A stretch of 51,950 bases of DNA from Oceanipulchritudo sp. (GCA_041623435.1 JBFJWZ010000001.1:1-51950), one strand, 5' to 3'. Positions 31,164 to 41,009 are shown, numbered from the stretch's first letter. Numbers and translations are program-made. The notes: generated by a model from the sequence alone, not told the origin.

Positions 31164-31841
31164 ATGAAAATAAAAACAACACCTCTGAGCTTTGAGATTG
31201 ATGCTGAACTAGCTGAAAGTCTTGAGAAAATCCGGACAGACCTGGGCGGTCTTTCTTTCTCAAAGCTCATCGATTACGCGATCGATAAATTCGATTACAA
31301 CAAAGTTTCCCGTAAAGCGGGCGGGAAGCGCCGCCAACTCTCCGTCCGTTTGGCGGATGACAAGCGCGGTGCTCTTGAAGGAATCTCCAAGTCCGAGAAG
31401 GTAAGCATGGCTTACTTGATTCGGATGGCTTTGGAATCCTTAATGGAATCCGCAAGTAAGAAAACCGTACAAAAGGAACTGAAGATGGCGTTAGCTTCAA
31501 AAAAAGCAAAGACTGCTAAGAAGCCGGCTAAGAAGGCAGCCAAGAAAAAGGCAGCCAAGAAGCCGGTGAAAAAAGTAGTCAAGAAAAAGGTAGCCAAGAA
31601 GGCAGCCAAGAAGGTTGTTAAGAAGGCAGCCAAGAAAAAGGTAGCAAAGAAACCAGCTAAAAAGGTCGCCAAGAAAAAGGTCGCCAAGAAGCCGGTGAAA
31701 AAAGCCGCCAAGAAGGTTGCCAAGAAGAAGGTAGCAAAGAAACCAGCTAAGAAGGTCGCCAAGAAAAAGGTTGCCAAGAAGCCGGTGAAAAAAGCTGCCA
31801 AGAAGAAGGTCGCCAAGAAAAAGACTGCCAAGAAGAAGTAA
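31164..31841 (+). CDS. Tandem ribbon-helix-helix (CopG-like) protein with histone H1-like Lys/Ala/Val/Pro tail
   Basis: PLSFEID.EL...LEKI......SFSKLIDYAI and QLSVRL...KR.ALE.IS....VSMAYLIRMAL, then about 118 aa of KKVAKK repeats; AAGGA SD upstream and terminator downstream. Confidence 0.8.
   Translation: MKIKTTPLSFEIDAELAESLEKIRTDLGGLSFSKLIDYAIDKFDYNKVSRKAGGKRRQLSVRLADDKRGALEGISKSEKVSMAYLIRMALESLMESASKKTVQKELKMALASKKAKTAKKPAKKAAKKKAAKKPVKKVVKKKVAKKAAKKVVKKAAKKKVAKKPAKKVAKKKVAKKPVKKAAKKVAKKKVAKKPAKKVAKKKVAKKPVKKAAKKKVAKKKTAKKK
31621..31800 (+). repeat. Two tandem 90-bp copies inside the H1-like tail
   Basis: 31621-31710 and 31711-31800 differ at 6 positions; 30-aa unit K[AV]AKKKVAKKPAKKVAKKKVAKKPVKKAAK. 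Confidence 0.85.
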
Positions 31842-31875
31842 GTCCTTCACACGACTCACCTCAGAATGAATTATC

Positions 31876-31912
31876 AGCCCCGGTTCCGCTTTTGCGGGAT
31901 CGGGGTTTCTTT
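31876..31912 (+). terminator. Rho-independent terminator
   Basis: AGCCCCGGTTCCGC-TTTT-GCGGGATCGGGGTT 14-bp stem (with G-U pairs) followed by TCTTT. Confidence 0.8.
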
Positions 31913-31976
31913 ATGGCGGGAAAGGACTGGTGATTAATCTTGCGGGACCTGGCGAGGTTCATGTTATGGCTAAGAC

Positions 31977-32942
31977 ATGGCCATTGATCCGGAAAGCAAA
32001 GAATCGATTCACAGCGATCTCCTGAAATTGAAGACACGAATGGAGCAGGTAATTCGTGGAAAGTCTGATGTGATCGAAAAGGTGCTCATTGGATTACTTG
32101 GAGGAGGACATCTACTAATCGAAGACTTACCGGGCATGGGAAAAACAACATTGGCCTATGCACTTGCACGTGCGCTGGATGGTAGCTTTCAACGAATCCA
32201 GTTTACGAGTGACCTGCTTCCGGCGGATGTCCTTGGGGTTTCGGTATTCAATGAGAAGACCCGTGAGTTTGAATTCAAGAAAGGCCCGGTCTTTGCAAAT
32301 TTCATTCTGGCGGACGAGATAAACAGGACAACGCCGAAGACCCAGAGTGCGCTGCTTGAAGTTATGGACCGCGGACGCGTTACCATGGATGGCGACACCT
32401 ATGTGGTAGGAAAACCCTTCATGGTTTTTGCGACGCAGAATCCAGTTGATTTTGAGGGAACATTCCCGCTCCCGGACAGCCAGATGGACAGGTTCTTCAT
32501 GCGTATGGAAATGGGATATCCATCACCTGCAGACGAGCTGTCGATCCTAGAACGTGGGTATCATCATTATGATGAAATTATCCAGGATGCCGTTATGCCG
32601 CTGGAGCAAGTAGAGCGGTGGCAGGGGATGGTCGGTGAGATCTTTGTTGAAGATTCTGTTCTGGATTACCTGCTTCGTCTGGTCACTGCGACCCGGAGTG
32701 AAAGCACCCTGCAAAACGGAATCAGTCCGCGTGGCGGACTGGCATTGAAGTCAGCATCCCAGGCACGTGCCTTGTATTCTGGTCGCGACTTTGTCTTACC
32801 AGAGGATATCGACACGATGCTGATGCCTGTTTGCGGGCATCGCCTGAAGTCGCTGAACCATGGCAGTGACCCGCTTGAGGAGCGACGAAATATTGATGGG
32901 ATTCTACGTCATATATTGGATACCGTTCCTTCTCCATCCTGA
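31977..32942 (+). CDS. MoxR family AAA+ ATPase
   Basis: [60 protein letters not shown]. Confidence 0.92.
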   Translation: MAIDPESKESIHSDLLKLKTRMEQVIRGKSDVIEKVLIGLLGGGHLLIEDLPGMGKTTLAYALARALDGSFQRIQFTSDLLPADVLGVSVFNEKTREFEFKKGPVFANFILADEINRTTPKTQSALLEVMDRGRVTMDGDTYVVGKPFMVFATQNPVDFEGTFPLPDSQMDRFFMRMEMGYPSPADELSILERGYHHYDEIIQDAVMPLEQVERWQGMVGEIFVEDSVLDYLLRLVTATRSESTLQNGISPRGGLALKSASQARALYSGRDFVLPEDIDTMLMPVCGHRLKSLNHGSDPLEERRNIDGILRHILDTVPSPS

Positions 32943-33022
32943 AGCTTGGTCAGGTACAGATCATTGCCAGCCTTACAAGTATCCTTGACTGCGGGCCGGG
33001 CTGAACTTCGAATGTTCCTGAT

Positions 33023-34540
33023 ATGGCCGAGAAGAAAGACCAGAAGATTCTCATTATCGATGATGATGCTGAAATCCGGTATTCATTGAACAGGGTGTTA
33101 TCCTCGCGTGGTTACCATACCGCGGAGGCCTCCAGTGGTGAAGCCGGAATTGAATGTGCCAGGACAGAGAACTACCAGGTCATTTTCCTCGATAACCGGA
33201 TGGAAGGCATGAACGGCCTCGAGACCCTGCAGCATCTCAGGAGTGTTTCCCCGGATTCAATGGTGATCCTGATGACGGCCTTCGGGACAACCCAGACGGC
33301 TATCGAGGCTATGAAGTTCGGGGCCTTTGACTACATTATCAAGCCGTTCGATTTAAGGAAAGTCCTTGAGCTGACGGAAAAGGCATCCCAGTCACATGCC
33401 GACCTGAAGGAATCGCAGGAACAAAATGCCCCGGTGCTCGACAGCGATGATTACAAGGAGGGGATTGTCGGCTCATCGGAAGCCATGCGGAATGTTTTCA
33501 AGTCGATCGGGCAGGTAGCAACGAGTAACGTCACGGTGATGGTGACTGGAGAAAGCGGCACCGGTAAGGAGTTGGTGGCACGATGTATTCACCAGCATAG
33601 CCTTCGCTCGGTGAAGCCCTTCATGGCCGTAAACTGTGCGGCCATTCCGGATAACCTGATTGAGTCGGAGCTGTTTGGGCATGAGAAAGGTTCCTTCACG
33701 GGAGCTACCCAGCAACGTCTTGGAAAGTTTGAACTGTGTGATGGCGGGACCTTATTCCTTGATGAAATTGGAGACATGGCCCTGCCCACCCAGACAAAGA
33801 TACTCCGGGCGCTTCAGGAAGGAGAGATCCAGCGGGTTGGAAGCGAAAGGACCGTCAAGGTGGATGTTCGCCTGATAGCTGCAACGAACAGGGACCTTGA
33901 AAAAATGGTTGGTGAGAAGAGTTTCCGTGAGGATTTGTACTACCGGCTCAACGTGATGCGGATTCGCATTCCCAGCCTGCGCGACCGCCTGACAGATGTG
34001 CCTGAGCTGGTTGAGTTTATGCTGCAGCGCCTGGTTAAGGATCGGAAGTCCAGTGTGCAGCGGGTGTCGGCCGAAGCAATGGAGGCGCTCTGTAAATACA
34101 GTTGGCCCGGAAATGTCCGGGAACTGGAGAATGCCATCCAGAGATCAGCCGTCATTGCCCAGGGAGAAACGATCCTGAAAAATGACCTGCCCGTGGAGTT
34201 GCTGGATGCTGTCAACGCGAACCTGATTGCTGAAGAGGGGATTGAAGCAACGGAAGAGGACGTGGAGGCTGCGACTGAAGACACCAGCGAATCCCCGGCT
34301 ACCTCTGACGATTCTTGCCCCAGCGTGGACAGATTGCCGACTGAGCAATTACTGGATGCCGTGTACAGCCGTATCCGGAAATCTATCGACGGCCAGTTGC
34401 TGGAAATGATTGACCGGGAAATGACAAGCCGGGCGCTGAAGGAGATGGGAGGAAACCAGGTGAAGACGAGTGCGCTGCTGGGTATCACCCGGTCGACCTT
34501 GAGGAAGCGGATAGATATGTATGGACTGACACTCGACTAG
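33023..34540 (+). CDS. Sigma-54-dependent response regulator (NtrC/AtoC family)
   Basis: Receiver domain (IIDDD, LDNRM, IKPF), [14 protein letters not shown] loop, [14 protein letters not shown], Fis-type HTH. Confidence 0.93.
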   Translation: MAEKKDQKILIIDDDAEIRYSLNRVLSSRGYHTAEASSGEAGIECARTENYQVIFLDNRMEGMNGLETLQHLRSVSPDSMVILMTAFGTTQTAIEAMKFGAFDYIIKPFDLRKVLELTEKASQSHADLKESQEQNAPVLDSDDYKEGIVGSSEAMRNVFKSIGQVATSNVTVMVTGESGTGKELVARCIHQHSLRSVKPFMAVNCAAIPDNLIESELFGHEKGSFTGATQQRLGKFELCDGGTLFLDEIGDMALPTQTKILRALQEGEIQRVGSERTVKVDVRLIAATNRDLEKMVGEKSFREDLYYRLNVMRIRIPSLRDRLTDVPELVEFMLQRLVKDRKSSVQRVSAEAMEALCKYSWPGNVRELENAIQRSAVIAQGETILKNDLPVELLDAVNANLIAEEGIEATEEDVEAATEDTSESPATSDDSCPSVDRLPTEQLLDAVYSRIRKSIDGQLLEMIDREMTSRALKEMGGNQVKTSALLGITRSTLRKRIDMYGLTLD

Positions 34541-34553
34541 AAAGAGAGAGGGA

Positions 34554-34895
34554 TCAGCCGTCCACCGTGTTCGAGTTGAAAACCTTGTTTGCCATGCTCA
34601 TGATTCGCATGCCCGACAAGCGAAAGCGGAATGCGTCCTTGATGACCGAGTTGACCACATATTTGTGCTGATAGAAATCAATTTCCTGTTGGATCTCACG
34701 CAGGGATTCAGCGTCCGCCACCTTCTCCACGAGGCGTTTTTCGTTAAAGAGGAAATTCGGGGCGAGCAAACTGAGCAAGGGACGCATGATGCGCACCCGA
34801 TTAAAGAGTGTTTGCTTGAGTACGAAGTGCTCATAGCTTGCTTCGGAAACATTAAATTGCAGACAAACTGCCTTCTTGAATGTTACAGGTTTCAT
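34554..34895 (-). CDS. Hypothetical protein
   Basis: 113-aa ATG ORF exactly filling the gap between two + strand genes; no recognisable motif. Confidence 0.65.
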   Translation of the reverse strand: MKPVTFKKAVCLQFNVSEASYEHFVLKQTLFNRVRIMRPLLSLLAPNFLFNEKRLVEKVADAESLREIQQEIDFYQHKYVVNSVIKDAFRFRLSGMRIMSMANKVFNSNTVDG

Positions 34896-34936
34896 GCGAT
34901 CGCTAAGGAAAATTGTTTGTTGCTGCGTAATTGTAA

Positions 34937-36166
34937 ATGCCGGAATTATTAAACAGTGTAATTATTGGGGGTGGCCTGGCTGGCCTGGCTGCTTCTTACT
35001 GGATAAAAAAGCAGAATCCCAACCAGCAAGTCTGCATCGTGGAAAAGGATAGGCAGGTGTTGCCGTGGTTATCTGGCAAAGGGAAGAGGCCCCTGATCCT
35101 TGGCTCGATCTCAAGTCCCGCCCTTGCCGATGAAAAGCTCTATCCCAGAGGAAATGTAGAGCTGCTGCATCTGCTGCAAAAATGGTCGGGATCGTCGACA
35201 CGTGACTGGCTCTTGTCGTTGGGGCTGGATATCCAGGAAACGTTGGAGGGCTCTCTCTTTGTTCAAGAACCGGCTGATATTCGGGGATCGTTGCTAAGGT
35301 CCCTGGATGGATTGGGGGTGAAAATTAAGACAGGAATGGCGGTGGAGTCCATATCACGGCAACCGGATGGGCGATACCGGATCTGGAGCCGGGAGGGTGA
35401 TGCATTGGCTTGTGAGAAATTGCTTCTGGCTACGGGCGGTGAGCGAAACCACGGCTTGAAACTCGCCTCTGAACTTGGAGCTGAGACCCGGCATCCCTTG
35501 CCTGCATACCTGCGTCTGCGCTTTGCGAGCCCAAAGATTGGTGAGCGACTGGGGCCGATGCGCAGGGATGTGAAGCTCCGCTGCCTGAAGTCCGGGGATG
35601 TTTCTAAAGGTGAGCTGGAAATCTCCTCCCGGGGTATTGAAGGTCCCGCGCTTTCTGCACTGAGTTGCGCACATTGTGAGCTTTGGAAACAGCTCGGTTA
35701 CCGACTCCGGCTTGAGATTGACTGGCTCTCTGAAGTAAGCGGATCAAGCGTCCGCAATCAACTGGTCTCCCGTTGCGAGAGGGGAGGCAGGCGTCGCATC
35801 GGAAGCGATGCACTTTTCGGATTCACAGAAAAACAATGGGATACATTCCTGAAACTTGCCCGTATTGATGTGGACCTGCCCTGGGCCCGGTTGAAAGCAA
35901 AGAAGGTACAGGCACTTTCCCAGAGATTGAAGGCGGATGTGGTGAATTTCGCGGGCATGGGCCTGCCCTCAGGCGAGCGCGCATGGGCGGGGGGTGTCCT
36001 CGGCGATTCGATCAATTGCGGGACCTGCGAATCCCTGTGCTCCGATGGTCTCTATTTTTGCGGTGAGATAATCGACGCACTCGGCCTGCCTGGTGGATAT
36101 CACGGCAACCTGACATGGGCAACCGCCTACCAGGCCGGCAGTTCCATGGGATTGGCGAGCCGCTAA
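34937..36166 (+). CDS. HI0933/YhiN/BaiN-family flavoprotein (divergent)
   Basis: IIGGGLAG FAD motif, LLATGG, AGGV, GLYFCGEIID..G..GGY. Confidence 0.75.
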   Translation: MPELLNSVIIGGGLAGLAASYWIKKQNPNQQVCIVEKDRQVLPWLSGKGKRPLILGSISSPALADEKLYPRGNVELLHLLQKWSGSSTRDWLLSLGLDIQETLEGSLFVQEPADIRGSLLRSLDGLGVKIKTGMAVESISRQPDGRYRIWSREGDALACEKLLLATGGERNHGLKLASELGAETRHPLPAYLRLRFASPKIGERLGPMRRDVKLRCLKSGDVSKGELEISSRGIEGPALSALSCAHCELWKQLGYRLRLEIDWLSEVSGSSVRNQLVSRCERGGRRRIGSDALFGFTEKQWDTFLKLARIDVDLPWARLKAKKVQALSQRLKADVVNFAGMGLPSGERAWAGGVLGDSINCGTCESLCSDGLYFCGEIIDALGLPGGYHGNLTWATAYQAGSSMGLASR

Positions 36167-36174
36167 AGCAGTCG

Positions 36175-36627
36175 TTACTCGGGGAGGCCCGTATCCATTG
36201 GAATCGTATTGTCGGTCCTCAGGATCAGCACGGGTTCCTTGGTCTTTATCCACAGGTTCTGCTCCTTGAACAGGCGTGCCGGAACAGCTTCGCAGGCTTC
36301 GCCGATAGTCTTTGCGGGCATTCGCCTGCCCTTCGGCGTCTGGTTGAATTCATAGGCTGCCTTGTGGATCTGTTCCTCAAGAGCCATGACCGGATCCTCC
36401 TCCGGCAGTTGCAGCACCCAGCCGGTCAGTTCCGCCTGTGGGATAGTTCCCTCCGGATCAGAGACAAGGATGGCGAATTGTTTTGGTACACGTGGGGCAG
36501 GTGGATTTTCCGCCTGCTGAATTTTCAGTTCCTTCTGAATTTCCTCCATGATCGAACTGACCTGACGAACATCGAGCTCGTTTCGCTGGAGGACAAATTT
36601 CACTATATCCATGTCTACTTTTGCCAT
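36175..36627 (-). CDS. Hypothetical protein (ORF extends to 36663; ATG at 36627 preferred)
   Basis: Co-oriented downstream of alr, fills the gap, globular composition. Confidence 0.65.
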   Translation of the reverse strand: MAKVDMDIVKFVLQRNELDVRQVSSIMEEIQKELKIQQAENPPAPRVPKQFAILVSDPEGTIPQAELTGWVLQLPEEDPVMALEEQIHKAAYEFNQTPKGRRMPAKTIGEACEAVPARLFKEQNLWIKTKEPVLILRTDNTIPMDTGLPE

Positions 36628-36684
36628 GATTGCATCGGATAAGATCATGGGTGCCGGTGGCAATTCTATTTAAAAGAATCCGCA

Positions 36685-37833
36685 CTAGACTGCGGTATCG
36701 GTCATATAAATCCGCTTCGTCCTTTGCGAAAGGGAACAGAATACTTCCCATTCAATCTGGCCGGACCATTTTGCAAGCTGCGAAGTGGTGATGGACTGGT
36801 TCTCCGAGGATCCAATAAAGGTGGCGCGGTCCCCCACCTTCGGTAGCTGTTCGAGGTCGGTAACGTCGATCACCGTCTGGTCCATGGTGACGCGTCCGAT
36901 GATTGGACATAATCGATCCTGCAGGATAACCTGGCCGGTATTGCTCAGGCCTGTCGATAGGCCATCCGCATAACCCGCTGTAAGTATCGCAATTGTGGAC
37001 CGGCGTTTCAAGCGATGGGTTTGGCCGTAGGAAATCGGGGTGCCGGCGGGCAGATTCTTGACCAGGCCCACGCGCGAATGAAAGGACAGAACGGGCTCGG
37101 TAAGGGTCTTGCCCAGGAGGGAACCTGTTTTCGGTCGAACGCCAAACTGAAGCAGGCCGACGCGCACGGCGTTGAATGGCCCGTTTTCCGGGAAGGACTC
37201 GATTCCCGCACTGTTGTCGGCGTGAACGAGAATGTTCTGCCTGAGATGTTCTGAAAGATAGTGCAGGGAATCCAGGAAGCGTTTCCGTTGCAGCGAAGTG
37301 AATTCAGGATCCGAGTCAGCGGAAGAGAAGTGGGTGCAAAGCCCTTCCAGTTTCAAGCCTGGATGCAGCAGGAGCTCATCTAGCAGGTCGGCAAATCCAG
37401 GATACCACACCCCGACACGGCCCATGCCTGTATCGATTTTCAGGTGTACGCCCAGTTGCTGCTTTCGCCTGCCGGCCAGGGCTGAAAAATGGCGTACTTC
37501 ATCGACGGAGGAAAGGACGGGGGTCACCCCCAGCTCAACAGCTTCCTCATATTCGGAGGGCAGGAGCACGCTCAGGACCAGAATTGGCCAGCCTGTACCG
37601 ATTTCCCTGAGCCGGGCGGCCTCCTCAAGGTTGGCAACGGCAAACGCATCCGCCTTCGAGTGCATGAGACGGGTGACAATTGGGGCGAGTCCATGACCGT
37701 ATGCATTCGCCTTAACAACCGAGATGTAACTGAGATACCCAGGTAAACTGGAACGGATTGCACGAAGGTTCCTTTCAAGCGCGCCAAGATTAATTTCCGC
37801 CCATGCTCTCAACTTATCCGGATGCGTGCTCAT
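36685..37833 (-). CDS. alr: Alanine racemase
   Basis: VVKANAYGHG (PLP Lys), HLKIDTGMGRVG, THFSSAD, ISYG, GYADG, GRVTMDQ. Confidence 0.95.
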   Translation of the reverse strand: MSTHPDKLRAWAEINLGALERNLRAIRSSLPGYLSYISVVKANAYGHGLAPIVTRLMHSKADAFAVANLEEAARLREIGTGWPILVLSVLLPSEYEEAVELGVTPVLSSVDEVRHFSALAGRRKQQLGVHLKIDTGMGRVGVWYPGFADLLDELLLHPGLKLEGLCTHFSSADSDPEFTSLQRKRFLDSLHYLSEHLRQNILVHADNSAGIESFPENGPFNAVRVGLLQFGVRPKTGSLLGKTLTEPVLSFHSRVGLVKNLPAGTPISYGQTHRLKRRSTIAILTAGYADGLSTGLSNTGQVILQDRLCPIIGRVTMDQTVIDVTDLEQLPKVGDRATFIGSSENQSITTSQLAKWSGQIEWEVFCSLSQRTKRIYMTDTAV

Positions 37834-38492
37834 GATTTTGTATGTCGGCGAGGGGTCCAGCGTGCGAAATCCGGCTCTTCAGCAGAGTATGGCAAAGGGG
37901 CTTCGACCGGTTGCAACAGTTTGGGATTGGCGGCCAGGATGGATGGCACATCCTCAAGCGGGAAGGGGTGCCAATCGATTGCGTTCGAGAAGGCTGGTGG
38001 GCGCCGGCCAAGTTCAAAGCCAGGCAGTTGCCGTTCCTCCGCATCCGCCGGTGAAAGGAAACCGTGCTCGTAGCGAGTGTTATTCCCGGAAGCCAAGCCA
38101 ACATGGTGAAAGCGGTCGCGTCTCCATGGAGCGACCGCTTCACGTGAGTTTGGCTTCGCAATACTGGACAGGGCCAGTTCGAGATTCTGGTATTGGAGAC
38201 ACTTCCAATGATTGAGCTGGGGCATTTCCATCAAGGAACGGATAAACATAGCCGCCAGTCTCAGGCCGAGAGTCGATCCCGGACCGCCTGCGTAAACCGC
38301 TCCTGCCAGGTCCACCAGCTCCAGGCCCGCCTTGGCGAGCAGCTTTTCAGTTGCTGGATGAAGCATTGCCAGAAAATCACCATCTTCCACGTACTTATCC
38401 TGCCATTGACCATCACGGATGAGACCGATGAGGTTCGAGGGGCCGGCGGCGTCGATGATCAACCAGGCTTCTGTCAAAAAATTATCAGCCAT
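37830..38492 (-). CDS. tsaB: tRNA threonylcarbamoyladenosine biosynthesis protein TsaB-like
   Basis: LIIDAA start, GGPGSTLGLRL (cf. GPGSFTGLR), P.PY near the C-terminus. Confidence 0.65.
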   Translation of the reverse strand: MADNFLTEAWLIIDAAGPSNLIGLIRDGQWQDKYVEDGDFLAMLHPATEKLLAKAGLELVDLAGAVYAGGPGSTLGLRLAAMFIRSLMEMPQLNHWKCLQYQNLELALSSIAKPNSREAVAPWRRDRFHHVGLASGNNTRYEHGFLSPADAEERQLPGFELGRRPPAFSNAIDWHPFPLEDVPSILAANPKLLQPVEAPLPYSAEEPDFARWTPRRHTKS

Positions 38493-39996
38493 ATTGCCGC
38501 CTCAGGTTTGTCGGGAGGATTCCAAGCTCTTCCCGGTACTTGGCTACCGTCCGGCGGGCAATCGTAATCCCTTCCTCCTTCAGGATGCCCACGATCTTCT
38601 GGTCACTCAAGGGCTTCTTTTGGGACTCGCTTTCAACGATTTTCGCGATCCGTTCCTTGATGGACTTGTTGGAGACTTCACGACCGTCTTCACCCTGGTA
38701 GCCGGGAGTGAAGAAAAACTTCATTTCGAAGAGTCCGAAGGGGGTGCGGATATACTTGTTCGCGATAGCCCTCGATACAGTTGTCTCGTGCACCCCGACA
38801 CTGTCTGCGACCTGGCTCATGGTCAGGGGCTTCAGGTGGGTCCGGCCTTTCTCAAAAAAGTCGATTTGGAAATCAAGCAGTTTGCGTGTAATGCGTTCAA
38901 TGGTTTGTTGCCTCTGTTCAATGGCACTGATGAGGAAACGCCCGCTGCGAAACATGCTCTGCAGGTACTCCCTGTCTTTTCCCTTCACCTGTCCGCGGGC
39001 GAGGATTTCCTTATAGTCAGGACTGATCCGGAGTCGGGGAACATGGTCGTTACTGAGGACCACTTGCCATTCATTCATCTCATCCTTGAAAACCGTTACG
39101 TCCGCCTCGATGACCTGATTCTTGTCCTCCATGTACTTCCGGCCCGGTGCCGGATCCAGTTTTGAGATTTCCTCGATGGCTTCCTCGACTTCCGGAGCAC
39201 TTACCCGCGTGGCGCGCGCGATTTCCGGAATACGCCGACGCAGAAGCAGCTTCCAGTGTTTCCGGATTATCAAGGCTGGCAGGGAATTGGACATGCCCTT
39301 GCGCTCCAGTTGAAGGAGCAGGCAGTCCTGTGTGCTTTCCGCACCCAGCCCGGGTGGATCCAGGCTTCGCAGCAGCTTGACCGCTTTCTGGATCGTAATA
39401 AGGGGAAGCTGTGCCATCAGGGAAAGGTCAGAGGCACTTGATGTGAGGATTCCGGTATCCTCCATACTTCCAAGCACATATTCCAGGGCCGTGATAACGC
39501 CAGGATCATCCTCGACCATCCGCGCCTGCTCCAGAAGCTCCTCCTGAAATGACTGTTCGCTTGTCAGTGAGTCAAAGAAGTACTGGCGCTTTTGTGCGGC
39601 TTCAGACGAGTAGGGGATTTCGCCGGATTCCTCGTTCCAATAGTTTCCCCAGTCTTCTCCCATCTTGTCGAGCACGGCATACTCATCGCTGAAATCGAGG
39701 CGTTCCGTGGATTCAGGAAGATTATCGGTGGCTGTCGGTGCCGCAGGCTCGGGTTCTGCAAAATCATCCGTCGTGGCCCGATCCGCTGCCCGCTCAGTCG
39801 GGTCGCCCGGCGCTTCAAGGGAAACATCATCGTAGGACATTTCCTCAAGTGTCGGGTTTGCGGCAAGTTCCTCAAGGATGGCTGACCTGAGCTCAATTGC
39901 CGGTACCTGAAGGATCTTCAGCGACTGCCTGAGCTGCGGGGCCAGGACCATCGACTGCGTCTGCTTCTGTACCTGTTGGAAGCCTTGTGTCGGCAT
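38485..39996 (-). CDS. rpoN: RNA polymerase sigma-54 factor
   Basis: Q-rich region I (LAPQLRQSLKILQ), HETTVSRA, RpoN box ARRTVAKYRE. Confidence 0.96.
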   Translation of the reverse strand: MPTQGFQQVQKQTQSMVLAPQLRQSLKILQVPAIELRSAILEELAANPTLEEMSYDDVSLEAPGDPTERAADRATTDDFAEPEPAAPTATDNLPESTERLDFSDEYAVLDKMGEDWGNYWNEESGEIPYSSEAAQKRQYFFDSLTSEQSFQEELLEQARMVEDDPGVITALEYVLGSMEDTGILTSSASDLSLMAQLPLITIQKAVKLLRSLDPPGLGAESTQDCLLLQLERKGMSNSLPALIIRKHWKLLLRRRIPEIARATRVSAPEVEEAIEEISKLDPAPGRKYMEDKNQVIEADVTVFKDEMNEWQVVLSNDHVPRLRISPDYKEILARGQVKGKDREYLQSMFRSGRFLISAIEQRQQTIERITRKLLDFQIDFFEKGRTHLKPLTMSQVADSVGVHETTVSRAIANKYIRTPFGLFEMKFFFTPGYQGEDGREVSNKSIKERIAKIVESESQKKPLSDQKIVGILKEEGITIARRTVAKYREELGILPTNLRRQYG

Positions 39997-39998
39997 GG

Positions 39999-41009
39999 TC
40001 AGCTCCCGTTGTCTTCAGGATTCAAGGCAATGCTCACCGGTTGATCGGCAAGATCGTCCTCATAAGCCTGTCCGTCCTTGTAAATGCTGCGCAGATAGAT
40101 CGCCAGTTTCTCGTTTGTCGGACCATAGCCACCAGAATACAGCATGCGTTCCAGGTCCGTCATCATGTCGACTGCACGCTGATAGCGATCCTCCCGATTT
40201 CGTTCCAGTGATTTGCAGAGAATATTGAGGAGCCCGGATCCCATTTCAGTCCTTAAGCTCTTCACATCCGGGATCGGCATCCGGCATATATTGTCGCGGG
40301 AGATTTCCTGTGTGTCCCCGAGGAAAGGATTATAACCGAGCAACATTTCAATGAGGACTACTCCACAGGAGAACAAGTCTGCTCTTGGATCGGTCACCTC
40401 CAGCCGGGCTTGTTCCGGTGACAGGTAATCACTGCGCCCGGCAATGATCTCGCCTTCCTTGCTGTACATGAGGTTGAAGGCCTTGGCGATGCCGAAGTCG
40501 GTAAGCTTCACGTCTCCAGAATAGGAGAGCATGATGTTCTTCGGGCTGACATCCCGGTGAACAATGCCCAGTGGATCACCATCCGGATCACGGGCCACAT
40601 GCGCATGTGCCAGCGCCCGGGAGATTCGCGAAGTGATGAAGGCGGCAAGCTCCACGGGTATTTCCTGCTGCAGGGCGCGATGCTGGAGCATGAATTGCTC
40701 AAGATTCACCCCGTTGACGTATTCCATCACCATGTAATACTGCTTGTGGGCATAACCCAGATGGTAAGTCTGGACAATGTTGGCATGGATCAAGTCCGCC
40801 ACCAGACGTGCCTCGCCAATAAAGTTTTTTCTGAATTGGGGCAGGCTCGAATACTCCTGGCGGATAATCTTGATGGCCACCCGCTTTTTGAAGCCGCCAC
40901 TGCCTTCCTGCAGGGCTTCGTAGACACAGCCCATCCCCCCTTGGGCTATCGGCCGCAAGAGCTCGTAGGATATGTTGTCAATGAATGTTCGTACCGGACG
41001 CACATTCAA
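39999..41009 (-). CDS. Hanks-type Ser/Thr protein kinase, soluble single domain
   Basis: IAQGGMGCVY, VAIK, HRDVSPKN, DFG, YLSPE, DLFSCG; start codon uncertain (TTG/GTG). Confidence 0.9.
   Translation of the reverse strand: MNVRPVRTFIDNISYELLRPIAQGGMGCVYEALQEGSGGFKKRVAIKIIRQEYSSLPQFRKNFIGEARLVADLIHANIVQTYHLGYAHKQYYMVMEYVNGVNLEQFMLQHRALQQEIPVELAAFITSRISRALAHAHVARDPDGDPLGIVHRDVSPKNIMLSYSGDVKLTDFGIAKAFNLMYSKEGEIIAGRSDYLSPEQARLEVTDPRADLFSCGVVLIEMLLGYNPFLGDTQEISRDNICRMPIPDVKSLRTEMGSGLLNILCKSLERNREDRYQRAVDMMTDLERMLYSGGYGPTNEKLAIYLRSIYKDGQAYEDDLADQPVSIALNPEDNGS

Noticed and set aside
31621-31800. 90-bp repeats as a possible CRISPR array or mobile repeat
   Set aside because: Directly adjacent copies without spacers, in frame within a coding tail, and no cas genes
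31412-31859. Hydrophobic repetitive minus-strand ORFs (FFLATFLA.../LLGDLFL...) that look like membrane proteins
   Set aside because: Simply the reverse complement of the Lys/Ala codon repeats of the H1-like tail
38139-38148. TTCACGTGAG resembling the core of parS
   Set aside because: The flanks do not match the 16-bp parS palindrome and it lies inside tsaB
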